This document shows positions 25,801-36,369 of a DNA stretch of 64,000 nt, in pieces. The stretch comes from Podarcis muralis. Taxonomy: Eukaryota. The notes beneath the pieces are model-generated. The model was not told the DNA's origin, ran no database searches, and saw nothing but the letters and a program-made list of their open reading frames with translations. Location: positions 17,794,001 through 17,858,000 of the forward strand of contig NC_135670.1 of NCBI RefSeq assembly GCF_964188315.1, read 5' to 3'. Both the position numbers and the translations under genes were made by a program. Position 1 is the stretch's first letter, and the number at the start of each line of letters is the position of its first letter.

Positions 25801-28276
25801 GGGCCGCCCACTTGTCAAGTCCCCTGCGTGCTGCAATAAACCGACGCAGCGCAGTGCGGGGACTCGCGAGCGGTGCTGGAAATTGCTTCTGCGCATGCCC
25901 AGATGCCGAAAACCACTTTTGTGCAGGCACAATTTTTGGCATCTGGGCATGCGCAGACACGAGAGTAATTCAGCCCATGGCCAGTAAGCTTTGCCAACCC
26001 CTGGTTTATATAGTAACACAGCACACAAAGAGTCATAAAACATCCCCTTCACATGTGTCAAGAAAGGTCACAGTCTTCCTGCTATCAATCTCTCCCCCCC
26101 CCCCCAGTACCTTGGGATGCCCACAAGTGACTAGGTCATTGGACCATTCTAGGTATCGGATGTCCCATGTTGACCTGGCAAGCTAGCCCATGATCACTCT
26201 TTATTGACATTCTTCCATCTATCTTTCAGGAAACCTCCAAGGATTTCTGATAAACACCACTTTCAGAGTTAGATAAGGAAAGATGGAATGCAATGTAGGA
26301 TGCAGAGACTCATAACCGCAGAAAACACAAAGTCTTGCTCATTTTTAAAGGTTAAATGGAATTAAAAGTGAACCATTGAACATTATTAAAATAAAAATAC
26401 AAGGCGTGACCAGAAAGTTTGGTAAATGGTCACAGAAATCGGACAGCGAGAAATATTTGAACATACATACCTTACAGGCCTTCAAAGTAGGCCCCCTCTG
26501 ATACAATGCACCATTGACAACAGCTTCCCTCGTCACAGCAGCTTGGACGTGTGAAATGTTGGAAAATCTGTGCCTTTTCAGAGCAGATTTCAGTTTTGGA
26601 AAAAGAAAAAAATCAACTGGGGCTAGATCGGGAGAATCTGGAGGGTGGGACAACCCAGTAACCTCAGTAATGATTTCATGCGGAACACGCAACTCTTGCG
26701 CCATCATTCGGATGGACAAACGCCGATCCCGCATCAGTAATTCACAAACTCTGTTGACATTTGCCGCCATTTTGCTCATCGACGGTCTTCCAGACTGAGG
26801 GCCATCTTCAGTGGTTTGCCGCCCTTCACGGAAACGCTTAAACCACACATACAGTGTCTTTCGAGTTACAGCTTCATCTCCGTACACAATTGTGAGCATT
26901 TTGTGGGTTTCCAATGCCGATTGTATGCTTGAATATTTCTCACTGTCCCATTTTTGTGACCATTCACCAAACTTTCCAGTCACACCTTGTATATACAACT
27001 TGGATCTCTAATTCTTATATCAGATCCAATATAGTTATTTTAAGACTGGTTTCATAAAGCAGGACCTGAGCAATTTCCAGCAGCTGGTGTTCAGAAGCAT
27101 TACTGCCTCTGATAGTGGTGGCAGCACACCATCCTTGTGACTAGTACCCATTGGTATGAGTGATTGCTAGGGGTCTTGCTAACTTGATCAGGAGAGCTGC
27201 AGTGGAGCCTGCTAATGGACAAGGGAAAGCAAGAAGGAACCCGCTGGAGGGTAGAGAAAGGTGTGTTGTAATGAAACAGCCTATTTGTCCAAAGGGAAGA
27301 TTTGCATTTGCTTTCCATTTTTGTCTCAGGTCCCACCCACAGCTGCCATGTGGCCCCCACAAGGTTGCACAGAAACAAATGTGGCCCTAGGGGTGAAAAA
27401 GATTCCCAGCACTTGCAATACGTAATGCAGGAAAACGGTCCTTTTCTGTGAAGTGTATGATGTTGAGTGTGGGTGATATCTTGTTTTCTCTTTAGATTTC
27501 GTTTAGCACCTGAGCATCCCTATCCAGTCCCTGTACTGGACAGTTTAACTGCTACAATACACTTTCTGAAGAATGCAAAGGAATACGGAGTGGACCCCAA
27601 CTCCATTGCCATTGCTGGGGAGAGTAGCGGAGGCACATTTGCAACAGCTATTTGTCAAGAACTGGTGACCAGAGAGGGCCTCCCGAGACTGCGAGCTCAG
27701 GTCCTCATCAACCCATTCTTACAACCAGGGGACTTTGATTTGCCATCCTATCAGCAAAACCAATCAGTTCCTCCCTTGTTCAGGAAACGAATGATCAAAT
27801 TTGGTTTAAGACATCTCACTGGGAAGGACATGAACGTGGACCCAGTTATAAAAGGTGCCCACATCCCTCCTGATTTGCGGGAGAAATTCCGAAAATGGAT
27901 CAATGCTGATAATATTCCAGAAGAATTTAAGGCTAGGGGCTATGTCCCTAATGCTCCTGCCCCATTTTCAGAAGAACTTTATGAACAAGTTAAAAGAGCT
28001 GCTGAGGCAATGTTTTCCCCCCTTTTAGCGGAGGATGACATAATCCGTCAGCTCCCGGAGACTTTCCTTCTAACTTGCGAGTATGATGTTCTCCGGGATG
28101 ATGGGCTGTTGTACAAGAAGCGGTTATTGGACAACGGTGTGCCAGTGACACATCATCATCTTACAGATGCATGCCATTCAACAATTTGCTATTTGGGTTG
28201 GGGGCCACTTGAATTTCCGAGCTCAAAGAAATGTTTGCAGCATGTGGTACAGTTCTTAAAAGGTTTATATAGATGA
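22806..28276 (+). CDS. AADACL4: AADACL4-like esterase paralog B, join(22806..22982,23893..24109,24910..24973,27496..28276), 412 aa
   Basis: Same exon sizes and phases as paralog A, 1239 nt open. GESSGG, EYDVLRDDG and DACH (catalytic His). The exon-2 acceptor is AAG rather than CAG. Confidence 0.9.
25302..25660 (+). mobile_element. Sauria SINE, full length
   Basis: Canonical head, ACCTTT tail and 11-bp TSD CAATTCAATGT; empty site in paralog A at about 15055. Confidence 0.9.
25720..26003. mobile_element. hAT-type MITE
   Basis: CAGGGGTCAGCAA...TTGCCAACCCCTG; 8-bp TSD GCTTATAT/GTTTATAT. Confidence 0.75.
26400..26989 (-). mobile_element. Internally deleted mariner transposon (590 bp)
   Basis: ~58-bp TIRs and TA TSD. 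Transposase remnants WFKRFREGR..EDGPQSGRP (HTH) are fused to HPPDSPDLAPVDFFLFPKLK. Confidence 0.9.
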
Positions 28277-29441
28277 ATGACCTCCTTTGTCTTCCAATGG
28301 CAGCCTTCCCTTTCTGTGGGGGGAACAATCCCCCTTTCCTAGTGTCCCAGTCCTAAAGTAAGAAGAAAAGGTCAGATCCAAAATTCTATCCAGTCAGATT
28401 TATTAAAATCACCATGACATCTGTAAGTACCTAAGGAAAGCCCTGCTGGATTGGCCCACTTCATCCAGCATCCTGTTCTCAGTGACCAAGAAGAGGCCGC
28501 TTGAGATGCCTGCCAGCAGTACCTGGGTGCAAGAAAATTCTTCCTACTTGTGATTCCTAGCAAGCAGCATGCAGTGGCTTACAGCCTACAATTGTGCAAA
28601 CATACCTATAGCCTCCTCCATGAATTGGCCTAATCCTCTTTTAAAGCCATCCACATGGGTCACCAAGTTAGCTCATTCCATTGACTAACTGTTGCTTCAA
28701 AATATTTGAAAGATTTAGCAATAACAGAGGAGCTCCTGTGCAATAAACTAGACCAATCTAAGCCCTTGTGAATGATATGAACTCATTTAATTACACCAAC
28801 GTTAGACAGGATTATAGTGAAACTGAAGGGTGGGAATATATTTACCCTTCAAAATTAGGGCCATGATACCTGAAGTATCTTTCTATATGTACCTCTTCCA
28901 ACCAGATGTGTACACCTGAAAGCAGACTGGGATCTACGAAAGAGGGTGAGGGACTGAGGAGATATGGTTCTGCTGCACAGCCCCAAGCTATGTCCCCCCA
29001 GCTATTGTCAGCACTAACCAAAGTTTCCAGAACATTTTGAAGGTCACCTTCATGTGGAACCCATTGCAGTAATCCAAATGGGAGGTCACTAGTGCTGATC
29101 TTGACAGGAAGATAATGCCACAGGCCAGCATGGGGAGATGATGGGGGTAAGGAGGAAAATGACACAGACTTCCGGTCCACTGCAAAGGGAAATGGTGGCG
29201 AGCTCCGTGTCATCCTATTAAGGAAGGACACGGTCCAGGCTGTCAGGGCTTTGAGGGTGAGTGCCAGGGCTAGGCACCCCCTGAAAAATCCCCACGGAAG
29301 CGTGGGGACTTCAGGGGTCCAGCGGAGCATTGGTAACTCACCGTAATCCGACCCCCCCCGGCTGCTGGCGCTGCGTCAGGGAAGAAAGAGGCTTGAGTCC
29401 GCTCCTGCAGCCAAAGCCACACACCGCCCCCGTAAGCAGTA

Positions 29442-29804
29442 AAGGTAAAGGTAAAGGTACCCCTGCCCGTACGGGCCAGTCTTGACAGACTCTAGGGTTG
29501 TGCGCCCATCTCACTCAAGAGGCCGGGGGCCAGCGCTGTCCGCAGACACTTCCGGGTCACGTGGCAAGCGTGACATCGCTGCTCTGGCGAGCCAGAGCCG
29601 CACACGGAAACGCCGTTTACCTTCCCACTAGTAAGCGGTCCCTATTTATCTACTTGCACCCGGGAGTGCTTTCGAACTGCTAGGTTGGCAGGCGCTGGGA
29701 CCGAACAACGGGAGCGCACCCCGCTGCGGGGATTCGAACCGCCGACCTTTCGATCGGCAAGCCCTAGGCGCTGAGGCTTTTACCCACAGCGCCACCCGCG
29801 TCCC
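29442..29804 (-). mobile_element. Sauria SINE, full length
   Basis: Head and tail as for the other copies; TSD TAAGCAGTA. Confidence 0.9.
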
Positions 29805-29834
29805 ATAAGCAGTAGATTTTCCAATTAAGAGGTA

Positions 29835-30093
29835 CCATATTTTTCGCTCTATAAGACGCACCAGACCACAAGACGCACCTGGTTTTTGGAGGAGGAAAAC
29901 AAGAAAAAAAATATTCTGAATCTCAGAAGCCAGAACAGCAAGAGGGATCGCTGCGCAGCGAAAGCAGCAACCCCTCTTGCTTTTCTGGCTTCTGTGATAG
30001 CTGCGCAGCCTGCATTCGCTCCATAAGATGCACACACATTTCCCCTTACTTTTTAGGAGGGAAAAAGTGAGTCTTATAGAGCAAAAAATATGG
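29835..30093. mobile_element. pogo-like MITE (second copy in opposite orientation at 32299-32555)
   Basis: TIRs CCATATTTTTCGCTCTATAAGAC/GTCTTATAGAGCAAAAAATATGG; TA TSD. Confidence 0.85.
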
Positions 30094-31649
30094 TACAAAC
30101 CAAATAAAGCTTTTAGAGAAGAAATTAGGTTTAAATTGACTGATTTGGTAAAAAGGAAGCCAAAAACGAAGTCAGCTTCCGATTTCTGCAGGCAAGCTCT
30201 GCAAGGTGACGTTTTTGTGAATGGGAGCAGAGAGTAATGGCAGCTAATGGAGACTTTGTAGTATTCTGACTTTTGAGGGACTCTCTTTCTATTAGACACA
30301 TATTAGTTCCAGTTGTGTCAAGTTGTATTTTGGATACTCGTGGGATACAATTTGACAGCTGGACAGAGTTTGACAGATTGATACTTTGGCAGAGTAGAAA
30401 GCAAAAAGACTTGTATAAAAGAGTTGTGGAAATGCAAGCTTTAATTTTAAGCCCTGGAACTTGGTGGTACAAAACCGAGGCTAAGCAGGAGAACTTTCTA
30501 TTATATTGGGGAAGAAATTCCCCAAGAAGGAAAGAGAACCTGGAATAGCTGGAGTTATATTCAGTACCTACTGAAGACCAGGGGAATTTATGCAATACTA
30601 CCTGCCAACAATTTTGGATATTCTTGGACGCATATCTCTCAAACCTTAAAATTGGAAGACTTGGATTACAATATATTGGAGAACAATACATTTGGATTTA
30701 TATTTTGGATTACAATTATAAATTCGGATCACCTCTTATTTGCCGCCACCTCTTTGAAAAGGAAAAGAACTACTGAAGAGAAGTACACAACTCTATATTA
30801 ATAGTTTCTGTTGGTTTTTGTTTAATTCTAGGCTTTGATCTGGGTAAGAAATGTCCTATTTGATATAGGGTATGTAATTTTGAACATAGAAAGATTTGGC
30901 TGGGGTGCAAGGGGTCTGAGAGCAACAACAGTCATTTTCTGTTTTTTATGGGATTATTGGACTTTTTACTCTCTCCCACCAGACAGGGACTGGTGGGGGG
31001 GGGGGAACGTTTAAAGGGTAAAGGAAAAAGTTTATGGTTTAGCCTGGGAGTGGTAAAATACTTTCACTTTTGGGCAGAACCAAGAAGCGCAGGTGTGACC
31101 TTGAACAGATCATAATATCCCAGGCTCAAATCTTCCATTCCTGGGCAAGGTGACTGAGCGAGCGGTTGCTGAACAACTCCAGGCACGCCTGGAAGAAGCG
31201 GACCATTTGGATCCCTTCCAGTCGGGATTCAGGCCTCACCATGGGACTGAAACTGCCTTGGTCGCACTGGTCGATGACATCCGGCGGGCTAGGGACAAAG
31301 GTGAGAGCTGTTTCCTAGTTCTGCTGGATCTCTCAACGGCTTTTGACACCATCAACCGCCAAGACCATATAGCACCAGTCTTGAAAGACCTACACTGGCT
31401 CCCAGTACGTTTCTGAGCACAACTCAAAGTGTTGGTGCTGACCTTTAAAGCCCTAAATGGCCTCGGTCCAGTATACCTGAAGGAGCGTCTCCACCTCCAT
31501 TGTTCTGCCCGGACACTGAGGTCCAGCGCCGAGGGCCTTCTGGCGGTTCCCTCACTGTGAGAAGCCAAGTTACAGGGAACCAGATAGAGGGCCTTCTCAG
31601 TAGTGGCACCCGCCCTGTGGAACGCCCTCCCACCAGATGTCAAAGATTC

Positions 31650-32885
31650 AAATCATTAAAATTCCAACTTAATATTTTAAGATTGGCCATCGTCAGAGTC
31701 ACTTACAATATCTGTTTTTCCACCTGATGCTCCTTCCAGTGAAAGCCACTCCAAAGCAGCTGCTTGTTCTGCTAGTGGGTTGTCCTGCCCAGCGTTTAGG
31801 TCTCTTCTGTGTTTTCCAAAAAATTCTTTGGCCTGGTATTCTGTTGTCAGCCTATATATCTTTTTCATAAATGTAAACAAGATCCCCTCTGGGTATTCCC
31901 ATTTATATTTAATGTCTACTCTTCTCAACGCTGTCTCTTCCTGTACACTTGCACGTCTCCTATCAATAGCAGATTTCCTTGTGACGGCTCCTGTGTCTTG
32001 TTTACCAGCCATTTCTAGGCCAGAAAGTTTTCCCATAACTGAATGCTTTTATTTTGAACTGTATATTGTGATCGAAATCTTCCCACCTTTAAGCTTAAAA
32101 TATATACGTCCAGAATGTCCAAAGCCCAAAATTTATAAAACCCAAAATGTAGATCCAAGTGAACTATATATTGTAATCCAAATCTTCCAACCGTTAGGCT
32201 TAAAATACGTACATCCAGAATGTCCAAAGATATTAAAGTTATTTCTTGGCAGGTAGCATTGCGTAAATCCCCTGGTCTTCAATAAGCACTAAATATTAAC
32301 ATATTTTTTGCTCTATAAGACTCACTTTTTCCCTCCTAAAAAGTAAGGGGAAATGTGTGTGTGTCTTATGGAGTGAATGCAGGCTGCGCAGCTATCCCAG
32401 AAGCCAGAACAGCAAAAGGGATCGCTGCTTTCACTGTGCAGCGATCCCTCTTGTTCTAGCTTCTGTGATTCAGAATTTTTTTCTCTCTTGTTTTCCTCCT
32501 CCAAAAACTAGGTGCGTCTTATGGTCTGGTGCATCTTATAGAGAGAAAAATACGGTAATTCCAAAGCAATTCCAGGTTTTCCTTCCTTCCTGGGGAATTT
32601 CTCCCCTAGTGTGATGGAGAGTTCTCCTGCTTAGCTTTGGCTTTGTGCCACTAGGTTCCAGGGTTTAATTGGGGCTTGTATTTCCACAACACTTTTATCC
32701 AAGTCTTTTTACTTTCTACTCTGCCAAAGTATCAGCCTGTCAAATTCGGTACAAATCCGCGCAGAAATGTCAGCCCGGGGGGGGGGGGGGCGGCTCAGGA
32801 GGGCAAGTTCACGTGCTCTGCTGGACCGCTAGGATCCCCACTCCTCTGTGGGGAGTTTTTTTTTGGGGGGGGCGCCTAGCTGTGC
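31650..32885 (-). mobile_element. L1-type element 5' portion with internally deleted ORF1
   Basis: ORF 31677-32036 ends in TALRRVDIKYKWEYPEGILFTFMKKIYRLTTEYQAKEF, resembling the squamate L1 ORF1p C-terminal domain as recalled. Confidence 0.6.
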
Positions 32886-32989
32886 CAAGCTTGACCAGCT
32901 GTCGACAAAGAAAACTGAAAACCTGGATGCTGCCTCTTTTTATAAATAAATGGAATAAATAAATGAATGAAAAGTGGAGTTGCTAGGGG

Positions 32990-33490
32990 CCTATCCAGTC
33001 CCTGTGCTGGACTGTTTAACTGCTGCAATACACTTTCTGAAGAATGCAAAGGAATACGGAGTGGACCCCAGCCGCATTGCCATTGCTGGGGACAGTAGTG
33101 GAGGCACATTTGCTGCAGCCATTTGTCAAGAACTGGTGACCAGAGAGGAGCTCCCAAGACTGCGAGCTCAGGTCCTGATCTACCCATATTCCTACAACCA
33201 GGGGACTTTGATTTGCCATCCTATCAGCAAAACCAATCAGTTCCTCTCTTGTTCAGGAAGCAAGTTGTTAAATTTGGTTTGACATATATAATTGGGAAGG
33301 AGATAAATGTGGACGGGATGATAAAAGGCACTCATCTCCCTCCTAATTTGCGGGAGAAATACCGAAAATGGATCAGTGCTGATAACATTCCAGAAGAATT
33401 TAAGGCTAGGGGCTATGTCCTTAAAGCTCCTGCCCCATTTTCAGAAGAACTTTATAAACAACATAAAAGAGGTCTTGAGGCAATGTTTTC
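32990..33490 (+). pseudogene. AADACL4-like exon-4 remnant: no exons 1-3, frameshift near 33190, 3'-truncated
   Basis: YPVPVLDCL...GDSSGG...VLIYP, then a frameshift into LQPGDFDLPSY...KRGLEAMFS. The catalytic Asp/His region is missing. Confidence 0.9.
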
Positions 33491-33589
33491 ACTCTTTGTT
33501 TACTGGTGTAAACAATGCCTCACCTGGACTTCCCAACCTATCTTTCCTTGACATCCTAACCCAGTCATTTTAGTTTGCTGCAACTCCTA

Positions 33590-34440
33590 AAGCTTTCCAA
33601 TCCTTCCCTCCTCTCTCTTTCACTCTTTGTTTACTGGTGTTTACTGTTTTCATGTGTTTACTGGTGTTCATGTTTATCTCTACTTGTAAATTTATATTTA
33701 TACTGCTTCTATTTAAATACTCTTGTAGTTCCCACTCGCTTAATACTGTTTATCTCTTTGTATTTCTTATTTTGGCTGTCATCGTGACTAATTCTACATA
33801 TTCTATTAGTTTAAGCAACCACTGGTCTTTGGTTGGGATTTTCCTCTCCTTCCATATTTTAGCGGATAGTACCCTTGCTCCTGCTGTTGCATAAAGGAAG
33901 AAGTTTTTTAACTTTAATCTCCTGTCCTATTATAGCTAACAGGAATGCTTCTGGCTTCTTGGGGAAGGAACATTTAAGCATATTCTTCAGTTCTTCATAA
34001 ATCATTCCCCAGTATTATTATTTTTGCAAATTCACATTACCACCACATGTGGATTAATGAGCCCTCCTTGTCTAAACATTTCCAACATAAATTGGATCCT
34101 CTTTTCTACATTTTAACCAGTTTGCTAGGCGTTAAATGCCACCTGAAGAACATTTTTTTGGATGTTTTCTCTAATTGCATAACAAGATGAGAATTTTATC
34201 ATGTTATTCCATAATTTTTCCTATGCTGATAATTCTACAGTATACTGTATCCAAAATAAAACACCCAATGAATCATTGCCTTCTTCACCAACTTGTTTTT
34301 GGTCTCCCATTCCAAGAAGATCCCAAATTCTGATTCTTCTTCTGAAAATCCTTTCTCTCCGTCTTTCCTGAATAGCTCATTTATTCAAAAGTACTGAAAC
34401 CAATCTGTCACAAATTCTTTAGTTTCTTCTCCCTTTTTCA
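33590..34440 (-). mobile_element. L1 ORF2 3' fragment
   Basis: The minus strand reads NFFLYATAGARVLSAKIWKERKIPTKDQWLLKLIEYVEL, homologous to the + strand L1 end at about 47340-47480. Confidence 0.75.
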
Positions 34441-35108
34441 GTCTTATCAAATCACCTTGGAATTCCAGAAGAGGCATTTGCATGGGGTTAAGGCAGAGTG
34501 AGGGCCCCCCAGACTATCCCTGTGCCTTTAACCTCTCAGCTGACTTCTCCATCTCTTCCTGGATTAGTCTGCTTCATCTGAGGTTACAGCCTATTTTCCT
34601 TTTCCTCCTCCTATTTCTCTCTTGGAGCCTAAGATGAGGGAGCACCTTCAAACTATCCCGAGACAAAAATAAAAGCCGGCAGGGCTGCCTTTTTCTTCTC
34701 AAGTCTAGTTTGTAAGACTAGAACTTGATACCTTTTCCTTCCAAGTATTTCCTACAATAACCAGCTTTACTGTTTTCTTACATACAAGCATCTGTCTGTG
34801 TGTGATTGTGACAGGTAAAGTCTGCTCTCTAAAGTCTATTCACAAGATCAATGCTGTTTACTGACTCAATAGCTTCAAAAGGTAAAGGGGGTCATTAAAA
34901 GCAAGCCCTATTTCAACAAATTATTGGCCCATTTATCCCAATAGCGTGGGAGAAAGGAGATCTACCTTGTAGCTAACTAGAGTGAATGATTTCATCATGA
35001 AAGTAAATATTTTGTCATTCCCTTCTGCGTAGAAACATCCACTCTGAGGAAAATAATCTAAAGCTAGAGAAAGGAGCCTCTGAGCTTAGTGCAAAGGGCT
35101 GTGTGGAG

Positions 35109-35434
35109 CAGGGGTAGGCAACCTAAGGCCCGGGGGCCGGATGTGGCCCAATCGCCTTGTCAGTCTGGCTCGCAGATGGTCCAGGAATCAGTGTGTTTTT
35201 ACATGAGTAGAATGTGTCTATTTATTTAAAATGCATCTCTGGGTTATTTGTGGGGCCTGCCTGGTGTTTTTACATGAGCAGAATCTTTGCTTTTATTTAA
35301 AACGCATCTCTGGGTTATTTGTGGGGCATAGAAATTACTTCATCCCCCCCCCAAAAAAAATATATAGTCCGGCCCACCACATGCTCTGAGAGACAGTAGA
35401 CTGGCCCACTGCTTAAAAAGCTTGCTGACCCCTG
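35109..35434. mobile_element. hAT-type MITE
   Basis: CAGGGGTAGGCAA...TTGCTGACCCCTG; perfect 8-bp TSD GTGTGGAG. Confidence 0.85.
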
Positions 35435-36369
35435 GTGTGGAGTGTCCTGTGAGAGTATTAAGGCAGGAGTTAGTTGGAGGGCTGAGTTTGAGCCAGGAGA
35501 AGTAGAAGCTGTGTGGATACAGCCTACATGGGTCTCATTCCAGTCAGGAGGGGAGAGATCTTCTAGAAAGAGAAGACTCCCAAACCATTTAAGAGGGGTG
35601 TTCTGATCCCCTGTGTCTGTTGTCCATTTGGAGTACCTCAGGAATGGGATGGTCAAAAGGTTGGGGAACTGACAGAAACAACCATCTTGTTTGAAAACCA
35701 ATGTATTAAGCTGTGACGACAACTGTGTTAAGAAACTGAAGTAACTGAAAATAAGCTGAGCATTTACCATCTAGTCTATAAACTTGTAACATCTAACTGA
35801 TAATAAGCAGCTGAAGTTTAACAGAAGCTGGTGGGAGGTTTTATTTACCTGATGCTTAAAGTCTTTATCCAAGCAGTCTGGTAAGTCAGTGGTTTGAAAG
35901 CTTGTTATTCTGGAGAGAGACGAGAGACGCTGTTCACAGTGCCATCCGCAAATGGGAAGTCCAGGGGTTCCATTATCGGGCATCATGACTACCGGTAATT
36001 GTCAGGGACTGACTGGACACTGAGGAGGGGTGGTGGGATTTTGATGAGTGAGCACCAGGAGAAGGGCGGGGTGGCAGGTTGGAGACTGACTTGGAAGAGA
36101 ATCAGTAAACTGCAGGAACCTGTAACAGCCAGGAAATGAGGAAAGAACGTATATAATAATAATAATTTATTATTTATACCCCACCCATCTGGCTGAGTCT
36201 CCCCAGCCACTCTGGGCGGCTCCCAATCAAATGTTAAAAACAATACAGCATTACATATTAAAAACTTCCCTAAACAGGAAGGAAGGGAGAGATAAGTCAG
36301 GCTGGTGTAGTCAAGGGCTTCCACACCTCTTCCTCCTGCCCCCGCCTCTCCTGGAGGAGGCTATGGTTA

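Larger units (their letters stand above)
29168..31130 (+). mobile_element. L1-type element 5' portion, interrupted by a Sauria SINE and a MITE
   Basis: Starts GACTTCCGG at a point where the paralog-A flank continues uninterrupted. Homologous by eye to the 31650-32885 minus-strand element, which carries an L1 ORF1-like C-terminus. Confidence 0.55.
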
